A stretch of 64,000 nt of DNA, taken from positions 314,288 through 378,287 of the forward strand of contig CAVVQL010000007.1 of the NCBI GenBank assembly GCA_963750355.1, read 5' to 3'. Source of the stretch: an uncultured Cytophagales bacterium. GTDB taxonomy: Bacteria > Bacteroidota > Bacteroidia > Cytophagales > Spirosomataceae. The position numbers and the translations under genes are program-made. Below, piece by piece: positions 20,582 through 32,000 of this stretch (positions are counted from its first letter, which is position 1; each line of letters begins with the position of its first letter). Under the pieces are notes generated by a model. That model made no database searches, was not told the origin of the DNA, and saw only the letters and a program-made list of their open reading frames with translations.

Positions 20582-21457
20582 ATGCTCAATAAGTCGTTCC
20601 GGGGCTCACTGGCCCTCTTTATCCTTTGCTTCATCTTGCTATTCACCAACGCGTTCAGCCTCTCCTTCACCAGCAAACGCTTCAACGATATCCCCTACAA
20701 GGCTACAACAGCCCCCGACTTCAGCGCCGAAAAGAATATCCTCGACGTGTATCGGCCCAATGGAAAATCGGATAAGCCGTATCCGGTGGTGGTCTTTATC
20801 CACGGTGGCAACTGGAATAGCGGCAGCAAGAACATCTACTGGTTTATTGGGCGGCGGCTGGCCAAACAGGGCGTTGTGGCGGTGATTATCAGCTACCGCC
20901 TGTCGCCCGGCGTACAGGTGCCCGCCATGGCCGACGATTGCGCGCAGGCCGTTGCCTGGACCAGCCAGCACATTGCCGAGTACGGCGGTGACCCCAACCG
21001 AATCTACGTCATGGGCCATTCGGCGGGCGGCGGACTGGCGGCCTTACTGGCTACCAACAAGGCACTCTTCACGAAAATTGGCCTCGCGACGAACCCGGTA
21101 AAGGGAGCCATTCTGGATGATCCGGCGGGGATCAATATGTACGACTACCTGAAAAAGATGGAGTTTCCGAGCGATAAGCAATACCTGGCCTCATTCGGTG
21201 AAGAGGCAGAAGGCTGGCGGGCCGTATCGCCGCTTTATAACGTACAGGCTGGTGCCCCACCCATGTTGCTGTATACGGGTGAGAAAACGTACCCAAGCAT
21301 CATCAGCGGGACTAAAGCACTGCACGAAAAATTGCAGGCCGTGGGCACCAAAAGCAAGTACACCGTCATACCCGGCAAAGGGCACATTCCGATGGTAACG
21401 CAGCTGTTCTGGAAACGCAACATCATCTACCGCGACCTCTTGTCGATGGTCAGGTGA
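20582..21457 (+). CDS. Secreted alpha/beta hydrolase (HSL-like esterase)
   Basis: Signal peptide, HGGNW, GHSAGG, C-terminal His (GKGH). Confidence 0.88.
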   Translation: MLNKSFRGSLALFILCFILLFTNAFSLSFTSKRFNDIPYKATTAPDFSAEKNILDVYRPNGKSDKPYPVVVFIHGGNWNSGSKNIYWFIGRRLAKQGVVAVIISYRLSPGVQVPAMADDCAQAVAWTSQHIAEYGGDPNRIYVMGHSAGGGLAALLATNKALFTKIGLATNPVKGAILDDPAGINMYDYLKKMEFPSDKQYLASFGEEAEGWRAVSPLYNVQAGAPPMLLYTGEKTYPSIISGTKALHEKLQAVGTKSKYTVIPGKGHIPMVTQLFWKRNIIYRDLLSMVR

Positions 21458-21522
21458 AAGGCCAACACCGGTTCGCGTTACCACCAGACTGGCATCTTTG
21501 ACGAACCGAGGACCATCAGGGA

Positions 21523-21864
21523 TTAGGGAATGGACACGGCCTCCTCCTTACTGCCCCGACACCAGGCATGCACGTCGGGTGTCCAATTGTCGGTGAGCGT
21601 GTACCGATAATTATAGATGATTCGGCCCCGTTCCGTGCTGATCGATACATATTCGTCCGGCTTGATCCAGTCCGAATAAAGGACTGGCCCTTTTGTAGAG
21701 TCGGCAGTTTCCTCGTACACCCGGACAAAAGCCCGTGTGCGTGCCCTTATATACCCTTTCTCCACGGCATCGCGGGGGGCTTCTGTCCAGGAACACAGGA
21801 ACGCCAGTATGCCGATGAGGGTGAAAAGAGGGATATATTTTAATGGGTTAGTGAACCAGCTCAT
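21523..21864 (-). CDS. Hypothetical exported protein
   Basis: 113-aa ORF with N-terminal hydrophobic segment. Confidence 0.55.
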   Translation of the reverse strand: MSWFTNPLKYIPLFTLIGILAFLCSWTEAPRDAVEKGYIRARTRAFVRVYEETADSTKGPVLYSDWIKPDEYVSISTERGRIIYNYRYTLTDNWTPDVHAWCRGSKEEAVSIP

Positions 21865-21944
21865 AGTTGACGCGACTTTAATCGTAGGTTGATATATACC
21901 GTCTACTCTATAACCAGATTAGTTAACCTCTGTTTAATTACGTT

Positions 21945-23198
21945 TTAATGGCCTGACCACCAGAAAACAAGCCTCAGTTGAAAAGGAAGGCATGCGACAA
22001 CCTGGCTTAACCAAGGTGTACCTTTACCGCCTGCCAAATTGCACATTGTAGCCGATATAGGGGTAGACTTTAAACCGAATGTAATTGTAGGATAGCCTCC
22101 CGCCATATACATACCGTTGATCTCCATACGACAGCAGGCCCAGATCGAAAGCATGGTACCGGCGATGAATGCGTAGTGCCGCCCCCAACCGGGCCAACGC
22201 AGCACACCTGAGTGCGGTTGCCTAACCCTGATTGTATTATCACTGATGAACGTGAGCGAAGAACTGAGCCGCTGCATAGTACCAATGGCAAGCCACCCTT
22301 CTTCCTGCTGGAACGAAAAGGCATCATCAATTCTAAATGTGTAGCCTAGTGTGAAGTTACTATGTTGATCACCAAAGGTGGTCGTTACCTGTCCAAGCAC
22401 CGCTGTCAGCGTCGAGGATACATATTCTGGCCCTTGTAGATGCAGGCTCAGCTTAGCACCCACATGCACTTTCCGTCCAAGTGGAACAGCAACCCGGGAG
22501 TACAACTGCGTACCGAAACCCGTATTCGTATACACGGCTTCACTCAGCGGTTGCGAGGTAGTATACAGGCCCGTGAATAGCGGGTTAAACACCACACCCG
22601 CACTCCAGCCATTGGTGATCCCTGCTTCCAGCTCATTACGGATCAGGTAGGTGTTCCGGTAATACACCGTTCCGGCGCGGGGCGTGAAGGCCGTTTTGCC
22701 ACTCATCAGGTAGGGTATTGCATCTGGATCGGCTCCGTCGGGTACACTCGTCTTCGTAATTGGCAACGATGGCAGGGCGGTTGAAGCAGCTACAGTGCCC
22801 GTACTCAGAATATCGGTCGGGTCGATGTACGTCTGCGTGCCGTGAGCCTGCCGAACGACTACAGCTACAGGTGTCTTCCTCACAATGCGACCATACACGG
22901 TTGAACCGTCTTTCAGGCTGAACAACGTAACAGGGTCACCAGACTGGCCGGGTGGCAGGGGCTTTTGGCTGGTCTGACGAACAATCTGCGATGGCTCAAG
23001 GTAGGTCAGGTCGCCGTCGCGCTTGCGGACCACCACTACGCTACTATCCTGTCGAATCAGTCGCCCGGTGATCACCGTACTGTCAGTCAGCACAAAATAC
23101 AGTGTCGATGGCTGCTTACCCGTCTGAACGGGTTGGGCGAAAAGAGGATGTAGCCCACTGAAGGCGATGGACAACAAGGCAGTGAACAGCGTTTTCAA
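21945..23198 (-). CDS. Hypothetical exported protein with two tandem small beta domains and a possible C-terminal beta-barrel; frameshift near 22200
   Basis: Signal peptide; repeated L.D(G)S.(V/I).GR(L/I).R...VVVR...G..TY(L/I).P..I units; C-terminus degenerates in this frame. Confidence 0.6.
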   Translation of the reverse strand: MKTLFTALLSIAFSGLHPLFAQPVQTGKQPSTLYFVLTDSTVITGRLIRQDSSVVVVRKRDGDLTYLEPSQIVRQTSQKPLPPGQSGDPVTLFSLKDGSTVYGRIVRKTPVAVVVRQAHGTQTYIDPTDILSTGTVAASTALPSLPITKTSVPDGADPDAIPYLMSGKTAFTPRAGTVYYRNTYLIRNELEAGITNGWSAGVVFNPLFTGLYTTSQPLSEAVYTNTGFGTQLYSRVAVPLGRKVHVGAKLSLHLQGPEYVSSTLTAVLGQVTTTFGDQHSNFTLGYTFRIDDAFSFQQEEGWLAIGTMQRLSSSLTFISDNTIRVRQPHSGVLRWPGWGRHYAFIAGTMLSIWACCRMEINGMYMAGGYPTITFGLKSTPISATMCNLAGGKGTPWLSQVVACLPFQLRLVFWWSGH

Positions 23199-23371
23199 AC
23201 GGGTGGCAGTTTAAGAATGGAGTAGCAAGATGATGAATAGAGATGGCAATTAAGTAAACGCCAGCCCCTTTTTTCAGTCCTTATCCATAGACCCCCTACC
23301 AGCCACTACAGTTGGAAACGAAATGTACTCCTACCATGACGGATCGCTCTGCTCCTACCCTGCCCGTCGGG

Positions 23372-24553
23372 CTACTCGGCCACCAGGCGCAGCAACCGGC
23401 CGGGGTTTTCGACCGACACGTAAATGCTGCCATCGGGTGCCTGCTTCACATTGCGGACCCGGTTGCCTTCCAGCAGTTTTGCTTCACGCACTACCTGATT
23501 TCCGTTCATCTCCAGACGGCTCAGGTACGTTAGGGCCAGTCCGCCCACCAGCAAGTTACCCTTCCAATTCTTAAACGAGTCGCTGGTAATGAAGGCCAGA
23601 CCACAGGGGCCGATGGAGGGTGTCCAGGTGTAAACAGGGTTCTCGACACCCGGCATGGTGGGGCTGGCGGAAATGGTTGTTCCGTCGTAATTGACACCGT
23701 AGGAAACCAGGGGCCAGCCGTAGTTTTTGCCCTTCTGAACAATGTTCAACTCGTCACCACCTTTGGCACTATGCTCACTTTCCCACAGATCGCCCGTTGC
23801 CGGGTGTAGAATCAGCCCCTGCGGGTTGCGATGCCCGTATGAGTACACCGTGGTGGCCGTTGTGTTTCCGGGAAGAACGGGGTTGTCGGCGGGCACTGCA
23901 CCGGCATCGGTCATGCGGTGAACTTTACCCCACTCGGTCTGTACATTCTGGGCATTTTTATTAGGCGACGACGCCCCGCCATACGAAGACGGGCCGCCTT
24001 CACCCAGGCTCAGGTACAGTAGCCCGTTTTTATCAAATTCGATCCGGCTCCCGTAATGCCCTTTCCACTGGTTGTTGGCCGAGGCCCGAAAGATCGTTTG
24101 CAGGTCGGTGAGTGCGTTTCCGGTGAGTTTAAACCGAATCAGAGTAAGCCCGGTATTTGATGTGCCCGCTACCGATGCCGCATAGGACGCGTATAGCCAG
24201 CCAGTGGCGGCGTAGTTCGGGTGCACCCGGATATCGAGCAGACCACCCTGCCCGCTGGTATTGATATCAATTGGCAAACCCGTTAGCTGCGTCACCGTCT
24301 CGCCTGATCGCCGGTAAATCCGGCCCCGTTTCTCACCGAAGATCAGATCGCCGTTGGGCAGAAAATCCATGCCCCAGATGATCTCATAACCGGTCAGCAA
24401 CGTCTGGGTGCGTATCGTTGGCGAACCGGCCGGTGTAGTAGTGCCGCCCGGCGTATTACTGTCGGCGACGTTTACGGGATCGGCCTGTCGGCAGGCGGCG
24501 AAATTGAGTGTAATAAGGACAGCGAATGTGGTTAGTACGGATGGGTAGTTCAT
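23372..24553 (-). CDS. PQQ-dependent sugar dehydrogenase (GSDH/YliI family) lipoprotein
   Basis: Lipobox FAAC, GQGGLLDI, HYGSRI, SYGHRNPQG, GGDELN, NYGWP. Confidence 0.9.
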   Translation of the reverse strand: MNYPSVLTTFAVLITLNFAACRQADPVNVADSNTPGGTTTPAGSPTIRTQTLLTGYEIIWGMDFLPNGDLIFGEKRGRIYRRSGETVTQLTGLPIDINTSGQGGLLDIRVHPNYAATGWLYASYAASVAGTSNTGLTLIRFKLTGNALTDLQTIFRASANNQWKGHYGSRIEFDKNGLLYLSLGEGGPSSYGGASSPNKNAQNVQTEWGKVHRMTDAGAVPADNPVLPGNTTATTVYSYGHRNPQGLILHPATGDLWESEHSAKGGDELNIVQKGKNYGWPLVSYGVNYDGTTISASPTMPGVENPVYTWTPSIGPCGLAFITSDSFKNWKGNLLVGGLALTYLSRLEMNGNQVVREAKLLEGNRVRNVKQAPDGSIYVSVENPGRLLRLVAE

Positions 24554-24707
24554 TAGTTGAGCAAGTTGTTCGTTAACTCGCTAACGCCCCGATTACCCCC
24601 TTTGTTATCTGCCATACAGTGGCTTGATTCTGGTTGCAATGTCATATTATTCGCTAAAATCCGGGGGATTTCCGAAACCTATAGGCCTTTCGTAGTCTTA
24701 TAGCTTT

Positions 24708-25427
24708 ATGGCAGATCATATCAGAACAGCCCTCGTAACGGGGGGATCAAAAGGCATTGGCTACGGGGTGGCCGAAGCCCTTGTTAAATCAGGCGTGAAA
24801 GTGGCGGTTACCAGCCGCTCGCAGGAAGCAGCCGACAAGGCCGCCCAGCAACTCAATGCCCTTAAAGAAGGTTACGCTATTGGCATGGCCGCCGACGTGC
24901 GCAGCCTGGCATCGCAGCAGGCAGTAGTCGATGCGGTACTCAGCCAGTGGGAACGGCTCGATTATGTTATTGCCAACGCGGGCGTCGGTCATTTTGCGCC
25001 CATTCAGGAACTGACGCCGGAGCAATGGCAGGAAACCATCGACATTAACCTCACCGGTGTGTTCAATACGGCCAAGGCAACCATTGCCGCGCTGAAAGAA
25101 ACGGAGGGTTATTTTATCAGCATTGCCAGTTTGGCCGGCACCAACTTTTTCGAGAAAGGATCGGCCTACAACGCCAGCAAATTCGGGCTGGTAGGTTTTT
25201 CGCAGGCCATCATGCTCGACCTGCGCGGGGAAGGTATCAAAGTCAGCACGATCATGCCCGGCTCGGTAGCCACCGAATTCGCCGACCATACGCCTTCGGA
25301 TGCCGATGCGTGGAAAATTCAGCCCGAAGACATTGGCAAACTGGTCATCGATCTACTCAGCATGCATCCACGTACGCTCCCCAGCAAGATCGAAGTACGC
25401 CCCACTATTCCGGGAGGAAAGAAATAG
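24708..25427 (+). CDS. SDR family oxidoreductase
   Basis: TGGSKGIG, NAG, YNASK, PGSV. Confidence 0.92.
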   Translation: MADHIRTALVTGGSKGIGYGVAEALVKSGVKVAVTSRSQEAADKAAQQLNALKEGYAIGMAADVRSLASQQAVVDAVLSQWERLDYVIANAGVGHFAPIQELTPEQWQETIDINLTGVFNTAKATIAALKETEGYFISIASLAGTNFFEKGSAYNASKFGLVGFSQAIMLDLRGEGIKVSTIMPGSVATEFADHTPSDADAWKIQPEDIGKLVIDLLSMHPRTLPSKIEVRPTIPGGKK

Positions 25428-25435
25428 GGTTTGCT

Positions 25436-25497
25436 GGTTGCTAAGGCTTCGCCAGTCGTGCCTGAACGCGGAACCGCCTGGCGAAGCCTTGGTAACC
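25436..25497. repeat. Intergenic REP-like hairpin
   Basis: ggttgctaaggcttcgccag...ctggcgaagccttggtaacc, 20-nt arms. Confidence 0.7.
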
Positions 25498-25579
25498 AAC
25501 TACCTACTTACCAGTGATTTACAAAAAGTCTATCCAGCGTTTCGTACACGTTAAGCAATGATCCACCACTACCTTTTCT

Positions 25580-26251
25580 ATGAAAATCCTTGTTGTTGAA
25601 GACGAAGAGCGGTTGGCCTCTTTTATTCGTAAAGGGATAGCAGCCGAAGGCTACGAAGTTGAAGTGGCTTACGATGGACGTACTGGCCTGTCTCTGTTTC
25701 GCAGGGATAGTTACGATATCATCATTCTGGATGTCAATCTTCCGCAGATGAACGGCTTTGATCTGTGCCGGGCCATCCGGTCGGAAAACGAGGCCGTACC
25801 GGTGCTGATGCTAACCGCGCTGGATAGTATGGCCGACAAGTCGGATGGTTTTCATGCCGGGGCTGATGATTACCTGGCTAAACCCTTCGAGTTTCAGGAG
25901 TTGCTTTTGCGGCTCAGGGCGTTGACGCGCCGGAACGGGTCTAAGCCGAAGCAAGTGCTCAGGCTAGCCGATTTAGAATTGAATCTGGACAGTAAAACAG
26001 TGACCAGGGCTGGCAAACGCATTGACCTGACTACCCGCGAACACGCCCTGATCGAGTATCTGATGCTCAATAAGGGAAAAATCATCTCGCGGGTAGACAT
26101 CAGCGAACGGGTCTGGAGCCTTGATTTCGACAACAACAGCAATGTTATCGACGTCTACATCAGCTACCTGAGAAAAAAGATCGACAAGGATTTTTCGCCC
26201 AAGTTGTTACATACCATCGTTGGCATGGGGTATGTGCTCCGCGAAGATTAA
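25580..26251 (+). CDS. OmpR/CusR-family DNA-binding response regulator
   Basis: VVEDE, LDVNLP, GADDYLAKPF, winged helix NVIDVYISYLRKKID. Confidence 0.93.
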   Translation: MKILVVEDEERLASFIRKGIAAEGYEVEVAYDGRTGLSLFRRDSYDIIILDVNLPQMNGFDLCRAIRSENEAVPVLMLTALDSMADKSDGFHAGADDYLAKPFEFQELLLRLRALTRRNGSKPKQVLRLADLELNLDSKTVTRAGKRIDLTTREHALIEYLMLNKGKIISRVDISERVWSLDFDNNSNVIDVYISYLRKKIDKDFSPKLLHTIVGMGYVLRED

Positions 26252-26750
26252 AAACTATCAACTTTTATTGCCCCCCAAAATTTGGCAACGAAAACGAAAA
26301 CAGCCCATCAGAGCCATCATCAATGGCATTCTCTACGTGGTTAAGGGCGGTATTTCCTGGCGGATGATGCCCAATGACCTACCCGATTGGCGAGTGGTTT
26401 ACTACTATTTCCGCCAGTGGGCCAAGCAGGGGCTGGTCCAGGAAATTCATGACAAACTGGTTACCAAAGTTCGCTTGCAAGCAGGTCGAGAGGCGTCTCC
26501 CAGTCTAGGACTCATTGACTCTCAATCTGTTAAGACAATGTCAGTTACCACATTGAAAGGCTATGACGGCAATAAAAAACTCACCGGCCGCAACGCTTCA
26601 TCGTCGTGGATGTATTGGGTTTGGTGCTGGCCTTGCGCTTGACCTCGGCCAACGTAGGCGAGCGAGCCGGCGCCTGCTACTCTTCGCGGCGCTGGGCCAA
26701 CGGTTCACGCGGTTGAAGACTATTCTGGCCGATCAGGGCTCGATGGGGTT
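26252..26750 (+). pseudogene. Truncated and frameshifted IS5-family transposase remnant
   Basis: INGILYVVKGGISWRMMPNDLPDWRVVYYYFRQW (DUF4096-like), IDSQSVK, GYDGNKK..GR; both ends missing; flanked by GATTAA direct repeats. Confidence 0.85.
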
Positions 26751-26774
26751 GATTAAGACACTCACCCCATTTCC

Positions 26775-28139
26775 GTGCTCATTCGTAATCGCCTGACGAT
26801 CATTTTTACCTTGCTGGCAACGGGCATTCAACTCATGCTGTCGTTGCTGGTGTGGTACTTCTATTCGCTGTACCGGCAGGAGGAATTTTACAGTCGGCTG
26901 GAGTCGAAAGCCCGCGTGGCCGGCCGGGTGCTGATCTCGCGGCGGCATTTGCACGATGACTTTTTTAAAAACATGGTGCGTACCGACTTGCTCACGCTTG
27001 TGGAGGAGCAAATCAGCATTTATGACAACCGGCATCGGCTGGTGTTTACCAACCGGACCCTGAAAGAATCGGATTATTATAAAGAAAAGATACCGCTGCT
27101 GGCCACCAACTCCCTGTTTGAATTTAAAAGCGGCCACCTTGAGTCTATCGTGATCCCGTACCAGGACCGGGGGCAATTGTTTTACATTTTTGCCTCCGGC
27201 TATGACCGCATTGGCCTTGCCAGGCTGGGTACGCTGCAACAGATTCTGCTGCTGGCCAATCTGCTGGGCTTTGCCCTGATTGTGCTGGCCGGCTGGTATT
27301 TCTCCGGGCGGGTGCTGCATCCCATCTCCCAGATTGTGGATGAAGTGGAGCAGATCACCGCCACGCAACTCTACAAACGGGTGAATGAAGGGAATCGACG
27401 CGATGAGATTGCCCAACTCGCCATGACCTTCAACCAGATGCTTTTTCGGCTCGAGGACGCGTTTGTCTCCCAGCGCAGCTTTGTTTCCCACGCCTCTCAC
27501 GAACTGCGCACCCCCCTCACCAATACCCTGGGCACGCTGGAAACCTCGCTGCGGTACGATCAGGACCCCGGCGACTGGCGCGAGAGCATGGAGGTAGCCA
27601 TCGACGAACTGAAAAAAGTAATTGCCCTGACCAATGGGCTGCTCGGTTTAGCCAAAGTCACCGACGGAACCGTTGCCCTAACGACTGTTCAGGCAGACGA
27701 TTGCCTCCTCAATGCCATTGAGTACGTGCAAACCAGGTATCCGGGCCGCAGCCTGCCGCTCCAGTTTATGACGAGTGAAGAAGAGCCGTTCACGGTGAAA
27801 GGCAACGCCACCCTGCTGACCACTGCTTTTCTGAACGTGCTCGATAATGCCTGTAAATATTCCAGTGAAACCGTTTCGGTACAATTACAGGCAGCGAGAG
27901 ACCTGATCACCGTTACCGTAACCGACCGGGGACGGGGCATTTCTGCCGCCGATGCCGCTCACATTCTTGATCCGCTTTACCGGGGAGACAATGTCGAGGG
28001 TGTGCCCGGTTATGGTATTGGCCTGGCCATAACCCAGAAAATAGTTGACCTGCATCAGGGTGTCTTACAGATTACCTCCAACGTGAATCAGGGAACCACA
28101 GTTGCCATCAGCTTGCCTGGGAATGGGCCTGTTGCCTAA
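26775..28139 (+). CDS. HAMP-domain sensor histidine kinase
   Basis: Two TMs, DEIAQLAMTFNQM HAMP, SHELRTPL, NVLDNACKYS, DRGRGI, GYGIGL. Confidence 0.93.
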   Translation: MLIRNRLTIIFTLLATGIQLMLSLLVWYFYSLYRQEEFYSRLESKARVAGRVLISRRHLHDDFFKNMVRTDLLTLVEEQISIYDNRHRLVFTNRTLKESDYYKEKIPLLATNSLFEFKSGHLESIVIPYQDRGQLFYIFASGYDRIGLARLGTLQQILLLANLLGFALIVLAGWYFSGRVLHPISQIVDEVEQITATQLYKRVNEGNRRDEIAQLAMTFNQMLFRLEDAFVSQRSFVSHASHELRTPLTNTLGTLETSLRYDQDPGDWRESMEVAIDELKKVIALTNGLLGLAKVTDGTVALTTVQADDCLLNAIEYVQTRYPGRSLPLQFMTSEEEPFTVKGNATLLTTAFLNVLDNACKYSSETVSVQLQAARDLITVTVTDRGRGISAADAAHILDPLYRGDNVEGVPGYGIGLAITQKIVDLHQGVLQITSNVNQGTTVAISLPGNGPVA

Positions 28140-28191
28140 GCTAAGTTGGGTATCCATGAACCATCAGGTATGCAGTTCAGCGCCCGTTCTG

Positions 28192-28722
28192 TTACTGCCT
28201 GGGGCAGGGTACCCGCCTTAACGCCTCGTCGGCATCAAAGGTGAGGGGCCTGTTGGGCGTGAATATCATTTTCCCCGCCTGCTCCTCCACATCGCCGTAA
28301 CCCTCTACGAACCCACCGTCTTTGGCCAGAAACGCCACCTCCCGCACCGACTCCTGCCCCTCTGACTGGAACGTATAATCGGCGATCAGGGTGTCGCCCC
28401 GCATCGTTCCGCGCAGGGTACCCGTATTCTGGTCTTTCTCCGCCAGCCGATACTGTAGCGTGCCGCTTACGTCGGTGCCCAGCCGGGTCAGGCTCAGCCG
28501 GACCGTATCCCGGGCTGTCAGCAGGGCGTAGCATTCTGGCTGACCAGTGCCCGTTTCAACCGAACGGGAGCCAGAATCGACTGACGTAGGTTGCGTAGTC
28601 GCGTTTGACTCGTCGGTTGCGGGTCTCTTTGTATCGCAGCTAATGAGTGTTGCGGCTATCAGCAGCGTGAGTAGCATGGGTTTCATACCTGGTAGTTGCT
28701 GACGTGAGGAATTTGGGCGCAT
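28192..28722 (-). CDS. Hypothetical lipoprotein
   Basis: Lipobox LISC; EKDQNTG...ADYTFQSEG...EGYG segment typical of Bacteroidota lipoproteins. Confidence 0.7.
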   Translation of the reverse strand: MRPNSSRQQLPGMKPMLLTLLIAATLISCDTKRPATDESNATTQPTSVDSGSRSVETGTGQPECYALLTARDTVRLSLTRLGTDVSGTLQYRLAEKDQNTGTLRGTMRGDTLIADYTFQSEGQESVREVAFLAKDGGFVEGYGDVEEQAGKMIFTPNRPLTFDADEALRRVPCPRQ

Positions 28723-29072
28723 TTATTTATTAAACGCCCTGCTATACGTTTTGTTGGTCACCTGAAGGTTGACCCACACAGTTAGGCTACTGTAGGCCTT
28801 ACCACCTACTGAGAAGGCCAGGTTTCCGTTACTGTTTTCATCTTTCGTCAAGGGGATACATACGCAGGTGAAATTCTCAGCCTGAGTAGTACCAGAAAAA
28901 TTACTTGGTTTTATCGTTACGCGCTGCTAACGGAATTGCCACTTCAGCGAGGGTCAGTTCTTTGAAAGTACCTCAGTATTCTGAACTAGTTTCCGCTTTT
29001 GTTAAAAAATCTCTCTATAGTTATAGGTTCGACGCTTACTACCAAGAACTCCTGCCGCAAAACACAGTAAAC

Positions 29073-32000
29073 TTGGAAAAGAAACCACTACTTGTCTCCA
29101 TTAACGTTCAGGTTATCATTCAACCAGAAGACCGGCCCGTCGTCGGGCCGGAGATGGATTTTGAGTCGCTGCCTTATTTCGACCAGGCGCTCAACCTGGA
29201 CATGAATCCGGGTTTGCCCTACCTGGCCGAAGCCATTATTTCCCAGCCGTTTGACGATTGTGATTTCCTGCTCAAAAAAGGTGTCCACCTCAACTGGGAT
29301 TTCCCCGCTTTCCTGAAACGAAGCAAAATCGGAGCCACCACCCCTACTGAATTTCCGCCCGTGCCGACCCGGTGGCTCATTACCCGGTATATGGGTGATA
29401 CGCTAGAAAAGCAATGGATTATTGAAAGCGATGCCTTGCTACAAGACCAACAGGGAGCCAATTTTATGGATAGGGCGCAGACCAGTCTTACTGTCGACAT
29501 CCACAGCGGGAAAAGACCATACTCGTACCTGGGCCGGGTAAACGAACTGCAGGACTGGAAAGAGAGGCAGGGGGTTTGCGGGGATACATACACCAACTGG
29601 AAAGCCGCCCAGGGAGCACCTCTGACCGCTATGGGCTGGGGGTCGCCTTCGTTTGATACCTTTTACCCCAACTGCCGGGGCGTATTCGGGTTTCACGACC
29701 CCGAAATAACCAGTGTAGATAAACCGATAACCTACAAAGTGGTCGGCTGGTACGGCGAGGACGGGGATGATTACTGGACCTATTATCTGACGAAGAAGGA
29801 AGCACAGATAAAGACCGTGGTAGATCAGCTCAATGAGCTGGCTCAACTTGACGGCGAAGCGAAGAAAGCCCACGCTACAGAAGCAATTGAAAAATTAATC
29901 GCCGATGACTTAGGGATAGTATTGGATAGTTCACCCTACATCAGCATTGCCGAAGGAAAAATCACAGCCAGTCTCCCCGCCGGTGGAATGGTTTGCTTCG
30001 GAGAAGTTTCGCCGACAGCCGAACAACAAGAGCCCTTCCCAAAAACGGGTGCTCCGCTTTTTGCCATCGGCAACACCCCTACAGAAGCCTTGTCGGCCCT
30101 GCTTGTTGCGGAACAATTCAACGACCTGGAAGGCCTGAAAAGGGAAAAACTGGAAGATACGTTTGAGGCCATCCTGATGGGCGACCGACTAAAAAGCCTG
30201 AAAGCAGATATCGGGCCGAAGTTTAGGGAGTTCCGTCATGCCGATGAGTTTTATGGCAGCGATGGGGGGATAAGCTGGTCCATTCAACTGGTGGATGATA
30301 ATCCGAACAAAGAACTTCATGGCGATCCACACGCCAAACAAATCCCCCTACCTACGCTGCCCGACGCTATTACTCCCTTACTAGAAACACTCAATAAGGC
30401 GCAACAGCTATACGATAAAACCCGGCATGATCTGGACAGCCTTCGAACGGAACTGTATGCCGACTGGTACCGCTACATGCATTGCGCATACCCGCCCCCC
30501 GGCGAAACCGAGGAATACGTGGAAGTGAGCGAAGTTAAAGCGATGATTGAAAACGGGTCGCTTACACGATTTACTGATAAAAAAGCGAAGCTGGGTGATG
30601 AACTGACCTACGAAACCGAAGAGTTGGGCAAAGCAACGCAGTCCAGCCTCACCTATTCCGATCAGGTGAGGGAAGCGTGGCAGGCCCTGAAAAAAAGCCT
30701 AGCCGAAACCAACAAAAAAATAGCTGACGAAGCCAACCCGCCCAATACCTACCATTGGGAAATCCACTATGACCCAGCGCCCCGTTTTTGGGAACCGACC
30801 CCGCCGGCTGTGGTCGTGGCCATTCCAAAGGCCGAAGCCACGCCCAAACAGGCAGGTGTGACTTCAGGACTTACGGGTCAATTCTTTGCTAAGCCTCTAA
30901 ACCTGGATCCGGCTGCGTTTGACGTCACGGAGCTACTTAAAACCGTCAACCCAGCACCCGGATTAATACCAAGCGGAAACCTTGATCTGTTCAAAGCAGA
31001 ATGGGAAGTAGAAGTGTTTCCAGCAGCCTCGATGCACTCCACCACCCGCTCTCATGGGGAGTTCGACCCAGCGTTTGTGCTGAACAATTATTTTCTGGGA
31101 GAAAATGAGCCCGACTTTGACGACGATCCAAGCCTTACCGGTACGTTGGCAATGGTTAAAACGGCAAGTATCTACACGGGCTTGGCGTATATTAACCAAA
31201 ACTTAGCCGACCGCTATCGAACACTTCTACAAACCTATAAAGACCTGCAAACGGCCAATCAGCAGGAGCAGCGCATTGCCTTTCTGGATGACGTAAAAAA
31301 AGCAACCGAATTCTTGGCTGCGCACGATTTGCTGGTGCTGACCCTCAATGGGTTCAATGCCGCACTCTTGCAAATGCACCAGTCGGTTCAGCTCAACCCG
31401 GCCGACCCTCTCGGCTTTGCCGATTATCAGGACTTTGCCAAAAAGATGGCTCAGGCACTGCCCAGCAGCAAAGGGTTTTCGCCCGACCCCCACGCGGTCT
31501 TCATGCCCATCCGTTCGGGTGGCCTTCGGCTGCTGAAGTTGCGGATGGTGGATACGTTTGGCCGCTTCGTTGAGTTCACCCCCGATGCCATCAGCACCCC
31601 CTTTGCCTTTACCACCCCCAACCATCCCGATTGGGTTTGGCTGCCACCCAGGCTTTCACAAGCGGCCCGGTTCAATTTCAGGTTCCTGCAATCTGCTACC
31701 CAGACTGCCGATGAAAGCCAAAGCCCAAATGCAACCTCGCCCGTCTGTGGCTGGATCGTTCCTAACCTGCTGGACCAAAGCTTAGTCTTTTTCCAGGCCG
31801 ATGGAAAAAAAATTGGGGAACTAAATCAAAATGGGGACTGGAAACCGACGAATGCAATCGAACCATCAGGTTATCTGGCTGCGGTAAAGAACTGGTTATC
31901 AAAGGATAAAGAGTTGTTGGCGGCCTTGCTGGAAGCTATAGAGGAAGCCATAGACAATATCCACCCGAACGACCGGGAAGGCCAGAGTGCATTTTCCGTA

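Noticed and set aside
28905-29072. N-terminal extension of the 1348-aa ORF
   Set aside because: Looks like an in-frame upstream leader; protein-like conserved sequence begins near TTG 29073. The start is inferred, not proven.
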